From: Salisapilia sapeloensis CBS 127946 | Lineage: Eukaryota > Protista > Oomycota | Assembly: GCA_023334545.1 (NCBI GenBank) | Contig: JAADVB010000041.1 | Span: forward strand, 1-64,000 | Reading direction: 5' to 3' | Length of the DNA: 64,000 bases | In this document: in pieces, positions 9,662 to 19,170 of the stretch | Layout of the letters: every line of letters begins with the position of its first letter | How positions within the stretch are numbered: the stretch's first letter is position 1 | Notes under the pieces: generated by a model | Seen by the model: only the letters and a program-made list of their open reading frames with translations | Database searches by the model: none | Told to the model about the DNA's origin: nothing | Program-made: the position numbers and the translations under genes

Positions 9662-11197
9662 TTAGCTCACGTTGAGGTTGGCAGTAAGGGAGATGTGGCC
9701 GCCCGCATCCGTTTGAGGGATCCACATCACCAGCGATCCACCACCGGTGCCGGGGAGACCGAAGAGACCAGGACGCCAGCGGTCCAGATATAGCGTCTTG
9801 TCTTGTAGGTCGGCAATGTTCTTCTCCCAGACAACCGTCTCCCCGCTCTTCACGTCCACTTGATCGACTTGTGTGCCAGCGGACTGGATGTTGACAGTTA
9901 CATCTTCCGTATCCGTGCTCACAAACGTGATGCTGGCAATACCATCGCCAGAGTACGTCCATTCACCGGAACTGTTAGTGAAAGCTTCGCCCATGGTCGT
10001 AAGTCCCAATGCTGGGTCTAAAGGCCCATCATCAATTTGTCCAAGCAGAAGGGTGGGCCCGCAGATCGGCTGAATGAATTCCTTTGCCATGTTGGCAATA
10101 CCGATGGGGTCGAAGACTGCGATAACCGTAAGTCCGAGCTCAGAAATCTTGCGGATGTAGCTACCAACGCCTTCGCTTAAATCCAGTTCTCCAGACGTGT
10201 CCACGACCTTGTCGATGACAGTTTGAATGGTCTTGCGAATGTCCGTGCGCTGCGAGTATCCGCCATCGTCCGTGCTGTTCATGACACAGAAGGAAGTAAT
10301 CTTGGGAATTTCAGTCAAGATAAGTGGCGACTCAGTGAGCAAGGCGTGAACCTGCTCCGTGGGAGTAGACGGATCATCTTCCTTGACTTTCTTCACAAAC
10401 TCGACGACCTTGTTGAGAGACTTGTACAGTTTAATACCACAGGTACCACCCATGTCAATTGTCTCCGAAAGGGTCTGCTTGTCATCCGATGACATTTCGT
10501 CCACACCGGTATCAAAATTGATGTTCGAGATAAAGTCGATAAAGCCATCAAAGGATAGCAGATTGTCGCCTTCACTCACTGCCTTCTTGACGACAGCCGT
10601 GACCATGTCGGACACGTCGCTAACAACATCCAATTGCTTCGGAACTGGAACACCGAGACAGGTGGCAACCGCTGTCGGTAGGTCGACCGTCGCAATCTGG
10701 GAATGAGCCATCAGAGACACGATCTCGTCTCCAGTGCTTTTGGGGAAATTGTTATGAAGTTCTTTCGCGTAAGCGACGACATCCTGAACGACACCAAAGA
10801 GAGACTGAGCACATCGCAGACCTCTGGGAAGTTCCCCGGCTGCGTTCGCGAGGGAGCCGAAGACCCCGCTCGTTGCAGCTTTAATAGCTACTTCCGCCAC
10901 GGTGGTAACCTTGCCAACGATTTCAAGAGTGCAGTCTTCATTTTGAGGGATACACTCGGCAGCACAGTCGACTGGGTACTCGATGGGGCATTCTGCCCAG
11001 CACGTCGCAACGTTGTCCGATACGTATCCTCGGGGACACTCATCCATCAAATGAGATTTACGATAGCAGGCCTTGTCTTCCACTTCTCCGACAAGAGGGC
11101 CAACCCAGTTTTTCACTTCAATCCCGTCAACATCGCTGGCGACGGTCCATGTAGGCAAAGATGCAAAAGCAGCAAGAAGGAAGTACCGAAGTACCAT
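9662..11197 (-). CDS. Uncharacterised secreted protein, 511 aa, with Cys-rich N-terminal module
   Basis: Signal peptide MVLRYFLLAAFASLPTWTVAS; CYRK..CPRGY..ATCWAECPIEYPVDC..ECIPQ..DC; C-terminal LYLDRWRPGLFGLPGTGGGSL; single open exon. Confidence 0.85.
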   Translation of the reverse strand: MVLRYFLLAAFASLPTWTVASDVDGIEVKNWVGPLVGEVEDKACYRKSHLMDECPRGYVSDNVATCWAECPIEYPVDCAAECIPQNEDCTLEIVGKVTTVAEVAIKAATSGVFGSLANAAGELPRGLRCAQSLFGVVQDVVAYAKELHNNFPKSTGDEIVSLMAHSQIATVDLPTAVATCLGVPVPKQLDVVSDVSDMVTAVVKKAVSEGDNLLSFDGFIDFISNINFDTGVDEMSSDDKQTLSETIDMGGTCGIKLYKSLNKVVEFVKKVKEDDPSTPTEQVHALLTESPLILTEIPKITSFCVMNSTDDGGYSQRTDIRKTIQTVIDKVVDTSGELDLSEGVGSYIRKISELGLTVIAVFDPIGIANMAKEFIQPICGPTLLLGQIDDGPLDPALGLTTMGEAFTNSSGEWTYSGDGIASITFVSTDTEDVTVNIQSAGTQVDQVDVKSGETVVWEKNIADLQDKTLYLDRWRPGLFGLPGTGGGSLVMWIPQTDAGGHISLTANLNVS

Positions 11198-11214
11198 TGT
11201 TGGTGGTTTGAGGT

Positions 11215-11230
11215 GAAATCAAGAATGAGC
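11215..11230 (-). promoter_or_regulatory. Oomycete INR+FPR transcription start motif
   Basis: Minus strand GCTCATTCTTGATTTC, 18-33 nt upstream of the ATG at 11197; close match to GCTCATTYYNCAWTTT. Confidence 0.65.
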
Positions 11231-12685
11231 TCTGGCATCGAGGTCAAGAATGGAATGCACATAGTGGGTTTCTGGACAGAGCGTTTGAAATGACAGCTAG
11301 CTGTTGGCCATAGAGGTCAAAGCAAGATTTGATCACCATCCGGTTGTCACGTTGCGGTCCATTAATATGCATTCTTCAATGACAGCAGTTCGTTACGTGG
11401 TACATGATACTGAGAATGTATAAAGGCTGACTGGATAATACCAGGCATTTTCACATCCTTCGAGCAATAGAATGACAGATTGATTTTAGGTAACAGATCT
11501 CCGTATCTAGCATCGAAGCATCGTCTTCGGAAAGTCGTTAAAGCAGAGGCTTTAGCTGGTGTATGAAAAGTGATTAATCTCATAAGATAGGCGGAAGGCA
11601 GAGGTATTGAACGAAGAACTGCAAAGGGGACCATAGCTTTACATATTTTTGTACCCTCTGTGTGTCTAAATACCACTCCAGGCAAAACGTGACCAGTTAT
11701 AGGTCATAGCTATGGTTATCACGTGTCAATTGTACGCGAACAAGACCAGCTTATATGAACCTACTATTTCGCTTGTAATGAACAGCCACGGGGATGACTG
11801 GGAATCAGATCTTCTTTCGCTGCTTCCTTTTTCTCGATCACTAAGTTGACAGACATGACTTAACACTATGTCTATAAGAAATCATCGCATGAGGGGTATT
11901 AGCTAACAAAGTCAATCAATATTCATATAATCTACTTAACACAAATTAGACGAGTATGCGGCAACGCAAAAACTGAACATGGTATCAACAAGTTATTAAA
12001 CGAATACGGCAATATACTACGCATAGATGTTTGGACTTGTTATCACGATTAATACGAAGTTTCTCTTCAGATTTGTCTCTATCTTAGGGCTCTTTCTCTC
12101 CGTCTTCAAGCTGTACTAACAAGTCTGTGTCAAAATTTATCACCTCTTCATCTGAGATAGCATGCCAAACGTGCACATCAGCTTTGTCGCGGGCAGAGAT
12201 GTTATCAGGCTTCAGGAGCATCTTATTCAAGATTTCGATCCAATACCTTCAAGCTACTGTAAGATTTGACATTAGCAATGTGACGGATATCAATGATTCA
12301 AACACTAACCTCGAGCGCCCGTGTTCTAAGAAACGTTATTCATTATAGGTTTGGACCGAAAAATGAAAGTGATGGGCTCACAATCCAAGCTGGTCTTTCA
12401 ACATTCCATTCGGGAGACTGTTGTCGATCGATACTGGACAGTTGCTTCTAATCGACCCGAAATGCAGGATGGACTGCATGTACCAACGCCAGCATCATCG
12501 ATGCCGGCACCTTCGTAGTCACATCAGCTTCCCGTGCTCATCACGTCTTCACAAGCCCAGCAGAGCCTCAACCAACACTAAGGCGGCTTAAATTACAAGA
12601 CCGTGACAAAAGCACACTTTATACCATTTATTCCAACTTTACTCAGATGATAGTAGTAATCATGCCTTGTAGCATCACGTGAGAT

Positions 12686-15600
12686 TCACGTAGGCACCGT
12701 TGCGTCTTTCGATTCGTTCAGACGGATGATGATAACAGTAATGTTATCGTTTGTGTATCTGCGTAGTGCCTCTTGAGCGAGCTCTTGAGTCGCAAGCTTC
12801 AAGTCCCCGTGCAAACTTAATCTGTCGTGCGCTAGTTGTACTGCTTCCTCGCTCGATAAGACTTCCCATAACCCATCACAAGCAAGTACTAGTAGTTCAT
12901 CTTCACTCGGGTCCAAAGCAATAGAATAGATGTCTGGATGAGCGGTCAATAGAGCTTTACCTGACAAATTTCTAGCCAAAACTCCACTCGGCATCATTCC
13001 TTTAAACTCGATATCTCCAAACGCTCGAGTAATTGTTATTACGCCATTGACTCGGTTGTTGAATATCTTACCCCCGAGCCCAAGGACCCGCTGCTTTTCT
13101 CGCTCAAGTTCTGGCCGATGGTCTTCTGTAATACACATTACAGTCCCATCAAGTTTCCGAAGGACGAGACGGCAATCTCCAACATGACCAATATGCGCCT
13201 CGATATGACTAGACTCAGGGCTTTTAAAAAACACTACACAAGTAGCGGTTGACCCACTTAAATCTTCCTTTTGTTGCAGGTGCTGACAAGCCTGAGTATC
13301 CATGTCTAAGAACGCTGCTTCTAGATGCTTCGCGACTTGAGTTTTTTGAGTTAAAGTAGACAAAATACGCTTTTCTAGTGATTGAAGGGTGTAATTCGCA
13401 CACGCGTCACCTCCGTGTCCGTCGTAAACTCCAACGAAAGATATAGCATTTGTTGCTTTGTGTTGATATGCTTCGTGAGCATCAGGAATGACGACCCATC
13501 GGTCTTCTTGAGCGCTACGTCTGCCTAATAATGAAGAAGCTCCAAACGCTAGAGGAAGGTGTTGACTTGCCGAGCAATACTGTTGCGGGTCAACACACAA
13601 ATCACTTCGTCCAGGTCCAATTTTGCTCAAGTCGGTAGGAGAGTCAGAACACTTATAATGCATCTCCGCTTTTTCTTTATTATCTCCATGTCCTGGAAGA
13701 GGTGGTAGTGACAAGGTAGACAACAGCAGTTCATCCAGCAATTGTGGCGATTGGTGTACTACGGGACTATCATCGTCGTCGTCACTAGATAGCTCACCTT
13801 CATCTAGATCAACCGAATTATCTGCAGCGTCTGCCAAGTTGTCTTCTTTATTAGTTCCAGTCGCAGTATCACATGAATTCTGAAAACACCTTGGACTATG
13901 CGTCAATCCTGCAGCACTTCCACTTGCTTTTTGTCGTAAAAACCTTTGACTTCTAAGCTGTATCTCTTCTTCTGAAAGCACTTTCGATTCGTCTTCTTTT
14001 TCTCCTCTCGCGTGCTTGCCGATAGTTGTAGAAACAGCGGAAGCGCTCTTTTCTTCTAGTTCATCTCGAGTTAACGCGTCATCTGTCCGGCGGTCAGTCA
14101 TGAGTTTCTGTACCGATTTCCTCCGAGTGCTTTGCAGCTGCCCCATCGCCTGTGTTTTCAAAATCGGGGAAGAGTTTTCTGCTTGACCGTTATGGGTGCG
14201 AAAGGTCCCAGAATGTTCATCCTTTGTCAGCCATGGATGGGTCATTACCTTCAATAACGTGAAACGGTCGGCAGGTTTCTTTGTTAGCATGCCTCGTAAT
14301 AAATCTTCCAAATAGGGATCGTCTACAGGTGATGGGAATACGAGTGGGTCCGACTGGATCTTTTCAAAGAGAGCCATTGCATTTGGAGCGACAAAAGGTG
14401 GAGTTCCGAACTTCAGCATGAACATCGTTGCGCCTAGGGCCCAAATGTCTGCCAGTTGACCTGAAAACTCACCTCCAGCACACATTTCTGGAGCCATAAA
14501 TGCAGGCGTACCAGCGGTGTCAGTGATGAGTTGTTGACTGCCGTACACCGACTGTGAAATACCAAAATCTCCTATCTTTACAATGTCATTTTCTCCGACA
14601 AGCAGGTTGTGTGGTTTGATGTCTCCATGAACAATGTTCTGATCGTGCAAGTATGCAACGCCCAATATCACTTGCAAGAATACAGAATGCAGATCTCTGT
14701 CAGATATTGTAGAGCAAGCAGATCCTCGCCGCTCTTTTTTCTTCTTTTGGTAACTTAGCAAATCGCCATGTTTCATATACTCGATGACAACAAAGAGCTT
14801 ATTCATTTTCGGATCATCCATCACTTCATACAGTCTAATCACATTCGGATGGTTCAGTTTCTTCATAATCTCAACCTCTCGCTTAATGTCATCAAGCTTG
14901 CTTTGTTGCCCCAGCTTGTCTTTTTTCATTACGTCCCGACCAATAAATTTCATCGCGAACATTTTTCCAGAAAATTTTTCTTTGCATAAGCGGACTTCAG
15001 CATAGCTACCGGCACCTAAAGACTCTAAAATGATGTAATTATTAATCATCGTTCTTGAGTTGAGCCAGTCTCCAAATTTTGGTTTAGGATGTGGAAGATT
15101 GTGCTGTGGTAGCTCGGCTCTTTTCTTCTTCACAATTTTGGTATCCAGGATAGGTATTCCTCCGGCACTTGACACAGGCTTTGGCTGATCGGGTATCATC
15201 ATGGGTATAAATTCTGCAGAGCCTGGATGAGATATACAGTGTTGGTATACACCATGTCTCGGTGGTGACATACTGACTTGAACGACGGGAAGGTTCTTGG
15301 ATGGAGATGCATTGTCGCGACAGTAAATTATTGAATGTGTTTGTGGTTTGCTCAAAGGTGATGCATTGGGAGTGCAGGGATTGGATGGAGGCGGATACCG
15401 GGGAGGAGAAGGCACTCCTCTAGCGAGCACTGGCATTAAGAGTGGAAGACTGCTATGAAAGCTTTCTGGAGATCCGCTCATACTCTGGGGGAATTGCAGC
15501 TGAAATTTATCTCTTGTCAGTAATTTTTCTCGGGAAACTGAGTGATGCCTTAAGGTAGCTTCCGACTTAGCGTTTGGAAACGTCGGTATATCATCAGATA

Positions 15601-16366
15601 ACCAATCATGAACGATGCCGTCGTCGTCGTCTTCGTCAGCATCAGATAGACTGCTATTACTCGAGCTATCTGATTCAACCGTCTCAAAGTCTTCACCTGC
15701 CAAATCGACTGCAGTTCTAAACTTCATAAGCTGCATGGACGCCGATGGTCTTGCGACTGGAGCACCATCATCCAACTTTGGTGGTACCGCCTCCAAGGCT
15801 TTTATCTCTAAAGGAGCTGATAAGAGTGTAAGATCTTTATTATACGTAAAATCTTCATTGCGTGTATTTCTGTTGTGCTCCTCTCGATTTAGTTTATCGG
15901 TTAACCTCCCCAATGCTTCTTCACCACTTTCGGTATTGTCAGAACTGCTTTTTGTTTTGTCATTTTCATTGCCCAAGACAGGCAGCATAATTGGTTTATG
16001 ACTAGAAACTACATTTAAGTCTATTCCGAGATCATTCGCCATATCTTTTGGATTGATCGACTCGTTTCTAGCAGAATAGCTCGTACCTGGTAAGCCACCT
16101 GGAAAAGCATGCTGACTACGAGGATCCTCTCCATATTGAATCCTGTCTTGGGCTTGGATTGGTAGTCGGTTTGTACTGTCTTTAACTTCATCTCTCCTCG
16201 TAGAATGTAATTTGCTCCCATTATCCACAGCCATGGGTCTTGGAGCATTACACTTGCCATGCTCGTCGTGTCGCTTGTCAGCAGATAGACACCTGAGCTG
16301 ACCAGTATTAGATGCATCCGATTGTAGCGCCATGCCGGGTGAACATGTCCTGTCTGTATTTATCAT
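12686..16366 (-). CDS. CaMKK/SnAK(GRIK)-like Ser/Thr kinase fused to a C-terminal PP2C phosphatase, single exon
   Basis: Kinase: LGAGSYAEV, FAMK, HGDIKPHN, DFG, GTPAFMAPE. PP2C: RSAQEDR, VYDGHGG, HVGDCR, TRAFGD, ACDGLWE, NDNITVI. First ATG is 16366 (the track starts at a TTG). Confidence 0.92.
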   Translation of the reverse strand: MINTDRTCSPGMALQSDASNTGQLRCLSADKRHDEHGKCNAPRPMAVDNGSKLHSTRRDEVKDSTNRLPIQAQDRIQYGEDPRSQHAFPGGLPGTSYSARNESINPKDMANDLGIDLNVVSSHKPIMLPVLGNENDKTKSSSDNTESGEEALGRLTDKLNREEHNRNTRNEDFTYNKDLTLLSAPLEIKALEAVPPKLDDGAPVARPSASMQLMKFRTAVDLAGEDFETVESDSSSNSSLSDADEDDDDGIVHDWLSDDIPTFPNAKSEATLRHHSVSREKLLTRDKFQLQFPQSMSGSPESFHSSLPLLMPVLARGVPSPPRYPPPSNPCTPNASPLSKPQTHSIIYCRDNASPSKNLPVVQVSMSPPRHGVYQHCISHPGSAEFIPMMIPDQPKPVSSAGGIPILDTKIVKKKRAELPQHNLPHPKPKFGDWLNSRTMINNYIILESLGAGSYAEVRLCKEKFSGKMFAMKFIGRDVMKKDKLGQQSKLDDIKREVEIMKKLNHPNVIRLYEVMDDPKMNKLFVVIEYMKHGDLLSYQKKKKERRGSACSTISDRDLHSVFLQVILGVAYLHDQNIVHGDIKPHNLLVGENDIVKIGDFGISQSVYGSQQLITDTAGTPAFMAPEMCAGGEFSGQLADIWALGATMFMLKFGTPPFVAPNAMALFEKIQSDPLVFPSPVDDPYLEDLLRGMLTKKPADRFTLLKVMTHPWLTKDEHSGTFRTHNGQAENSSPILKTQAMGQLQSTRRKSVQKLMTDRRTDDALTRDELEEKSASAVSTTIGKHARGEKEDESKVLSEEEIQLRSQRFLRQKASGSAAGLTHSPRCFQNSCDTATGTNKEDNLADAADNSVDLDEGELSSDDDDDSPVVHQSPQLLDELLLSTLSLPPLPGHGDNKEKAEMHYKCSDSPTDLSKIGPGRSDLCVDPQQYCSASQHLPLAFGASSLLGRRSAQEDRWVVIPDAHEAYQHKATNAISFVGVYDGHGGDACANYTLQSLEKRILSTLTQKTQVAKHLEAAFLDMDTQACQHLQQKEDLSGSTATCVVFFKSPESSHIEAHIGHVGDCRLVLRKLDGTVMCITEDHRPELEREKQRVLGLGGKIFNNRVNGVITITRAFGDIEFKGMMPSGVLARNLSGKALLTAHPDIYSIALDPSEDELLVLACDGLWEVLSSEEAVQLAHDRLSLHGDLKLATQELAQEALRRYTNDNITVIIIRLNESKDATVPT

Positions 16367-16564
16367 TTCAGCTTTCAGAATGATCAAGTCTCAATTCTAA
16401 CTTTAGCTTGTCTCGTACTTACGTTTTAACTAATGTCTTGGACTATACAATCCACCATATAATTATTTTCAGCAGTAACCTATAAATTGCCATAAAGGGA
16501 GGTATACTTAAAAAAAGATAAATAGTAAAATGCGACGAATACATCGTTCTGACACGCTTGAAGC

Positions 16565-18796
16565 ATGTCGTCGCGAGAACTCGGCTATGGTACGGACGTC
16601 GTGCCTCCCTCCTCGCCTCCCTCCTCGGCCTGGCGCATTGGAAACGTCGTTATACGCCGACCTCTGCCCAAGCTCGCCGCTGCAGTTGTACTTGTCACGA
16701 TGATATCCTTCTACCTGACTTTGTGGACATCGCCCCTCCTCTCTACCACCCTTGAGCGCACAAAGACAGAAGATGAATCGCTACCACTCCCGACAAACTC
16801 TAGCTACTCTGCTTTCTATAGTGAAGTGGAGGCAATGGTCGATTCTAGTGTCGATCCATGTCAAGATTTCTACGCGTATGCTTGTGGAGGCTGGCTCGAG
16901 TCTCACGAACTTCCGGAAGGAGCAGCCGCTATTGACACCTCGTTCAGTGTCGTTGCCAAGCGCAATGCTGAGATCATTAACGATATCATCGCATCCAAGC
17001 CTCCGGTTATCGATGAGTTCTACTCTTCGTGCTTAAATCAGGAGCAACCGGTGGAGCCGGTCGGATTCAGCACCATCATGGTAGCTCTCGAACAGATCCA
17101 GACACTGCAGACACAGACACAATTGATGGCGTATGCTGGTCAACTATTCGTAGAGTTCGGCATCGCGAGTCCGTTTCTAAGCCTAGGCGTTTTCCCCGAT
17201 CTCAATAATCCCGACATCTACACAATCAACTTGGCTCAAGGCGGATTGACGTTGCCATCTCGAGACTATTATCTAGACAAAGAAAGAAGAGACACATACG
17301 TTCCATTGCTAGAGACATATGCGACGGAACTCTTTGAGGCAATGGCCGAACTCAATGGATTAACGTCGGATAGCGTCGACAGTATCGACTTCACGGGACC
17401 TGTCAAGCAGATCATTGAGCTGGAGACGCTCTTCGCAGATGCTTCACTATCGAACGCAGCTCTACGTGATGAATGGAAGGCTGATAACCCGTACTCTTAT
17501 GAGCGATTTGCAGCAGAGTTTCCATTTGCGTACGATTACCTGGTCGGAGTTGACTCCCAGGAACCTTTTGGAGCACTAAGCTCCGACACAGATGGCTCTC
17601 AGATGATTGTCTCTACGCCATCCTTTTTTGTCAAACAGAATGTGATCCTACTGACATCTGAAATGGAGACGCTGCAGGCTTACCTCATGTTCCACGTACT
17701 CCACTCGTACGCTCCGTACATTGGTGAAAGCTTCCGGATCCTCCGTTCTTCCTTTGAGGCACAAACGTTCGGTCGGAGCACTATTGCGACTCGAGACAGC
17801 TTCTGTCGTGGCATGACAACTAGCTACTTGGGCGCCTATGTCGGTCAGATCTACCTTGAGCAAGTCTTTGACGATCAGGAGCAGCAAGAAGCACAGAATC
17901 TTATTGACGAAATTGAAAACGCTATGAGGGAACTCTTGGAGGAAGAGGACTGGATGGACAAACGCACGCGTAAGGCTGCGTTTAAGAAACTGAGTCAGCT
18001 CAAGGACTTTATCGGAGGTCCTTCTTCCGTTAGCCCACTTCCGTTTGACTTGAACCCTGCTAGCTTCTTCTATAATGCTCTACTGATGCGACAGGCAGCC
18101 AGCATCGGGTACATTCGCATGATCGGCAGTGAAGTCGACCGGAACGACTGGAACATGCAGCCGTCGGTCGTGAACGCCAACTACATGCCGAGCGAGAACA
18201 AGATCACGTTCCCGGCTGCCATCCTCCAGCCTCCTTTCTACGACGCCCACAACTTCCCTATCTTTGCCAACTATGCACGGATCGGCATGGTCATGGGACA
18301 CGAGCTTTCTCATGGCTTTGACGACCAAGGTAGAGACTATGATGGCGAAGGAATGCTTCGAGACTGGTGGTCGCCGAAAGTGTCGAAGAGGTTTGCACAC
18401 AAGGCAGAGTGCATCTCGGAACAGTACTCGGCGTACCCTGTGACCGTGCCTCACAACGGGTCGGAAGAGACGATCGGGTACGTCAATGGAGACCTGACGC
18501 TTGGCGAGAACATTGCCGATATCGCTGGCCTGAAGCTTGCTTACAGAGCTTATGAACGCCACGTTGGTGCCAAGTTGAGCCAAGACGAAGCTCAGCTTTT
18601 CTTTACGGCGTTTGCCCAGGCGTGGTGCGAAAAGAGGTCGGAGGGATATGCCGAGTTGCTGCTTGCAATCGATCCGCACTCGCCTGGTCACTACCGCGTG
18701 AATGGACCTGTGAGCAACAATGACAAGTTCAATCGAGCCTTCGAATGCGACATTGGAACGCCCATGAACCCACAGCACCAGTGCAAACTTTGGTAG
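16565..18796 (+). CDS. M13 family zinc metallopeptidase (neprilysin/endothelin-converting enzyme-like), type II membrane protein
   Basis: N-terminal TM, DPCQDFYAYACGGW, VNANY, HELSHGFDDQG (HExxH), GENIAD, HSPGHYRV, C-terminal CKLW. Confidence 0.95.
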   Translation: MSSRELGYGTDVVPPSSPPSSAWRIGNVVIRRPLPKLAAAVVLVTMISFYLTLWTSPLLSTTLERTKTEDESLPLPTNSSYSAFYSEVEAMVDSSVDPCQDFYAYACGGWLESHELPEGAAAIDTSFSVVAKRNAEIINDIIASKPPVIDEFYSSCLNQEQPVEPVGFSTIMVALEQIQTLQTQTQLMAYAGQLFVEFGIASPFLSLGVFPDLNNPDIYTINLAQGGLTLPSRDYYLDKERRDTYVPLLETYATELFEAMAELNGLTSDSVDSIDFTGPVKQIIELETLFADASLSNAALRDEWKADNPYSYERFAAEFPFAYDYLVGVDSQEPFGALSSDTDGSQMIVSTPSFFVKQNVILLTSEMETLQAYLMFHVLHSYAPYIGESFRILRSSFEAQTFGRSTIATRDSFCRGMTTSYLGAYVGQIYLEQVFDDQEQQEAQNLIDEIENAMRELLEEEDWMDKRTRKAAFKKLSQLKDFIGGPSSVSPLPFDLNPASFFYNALLMRQAASIGYIRMIGSEVDRNDWNMQPSVVNANYMPSENKITFPAAILQPPFYDAHNFPIFANYARIGMVMGHELSHGFDDQGRDYDGEGMLRDWWSPKVSKRFAHKAECISEQYSAYPVTVPHNGSEETIGYVNGDLTLGENIADIAGLKLAYRAYERHVGAKLSQDEAQLFFTAFAQAWCEKRSEGYAELLLAIDPHSPGHYRVNGPVSNNDKFNRAFECDIGTPMNPQHQCKLW

Positions 18797-19170
18797 ATAA
18801 CTGTAAGAAATACAGTAGAGCTATCCAAATGATACTTTGGCTTTAAGCGAACTTCGTTTGTGTTGTATCATGATGTCGATGCAATTTTGAAACAAGACGC
18901 ATGTACGCAATGAAGTGCCACCAACTGCATGCAAGTGAACGCGTTTTCGTCCAAAGCTTACAGCATTCCAGTTCGTCTACATCCGATTATGTTTAACAAA
19001 ATCATACTTCCACAGATGTACTGTGTTTGCTTCGGATGGATCAAGACTGTATTTATAAACCGTTTCGGCATAACGATACCATCACACCAGCTATTCTTGT
19101 CTGCTAATTCGATGCAGAAAGTGTTCTTGGTCAAGTAGTCGATCTATAAGGAACGAATACGGTACTGCGC

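Noticed and set aside
18080-18778. Long antisense ORFs (232 aa here; also 58171..58857, 26192..26848, 10703..11293)
   Set aside because: They lie opposite well-supported genes, have no protein-like motifs, and are expected from codon bias.
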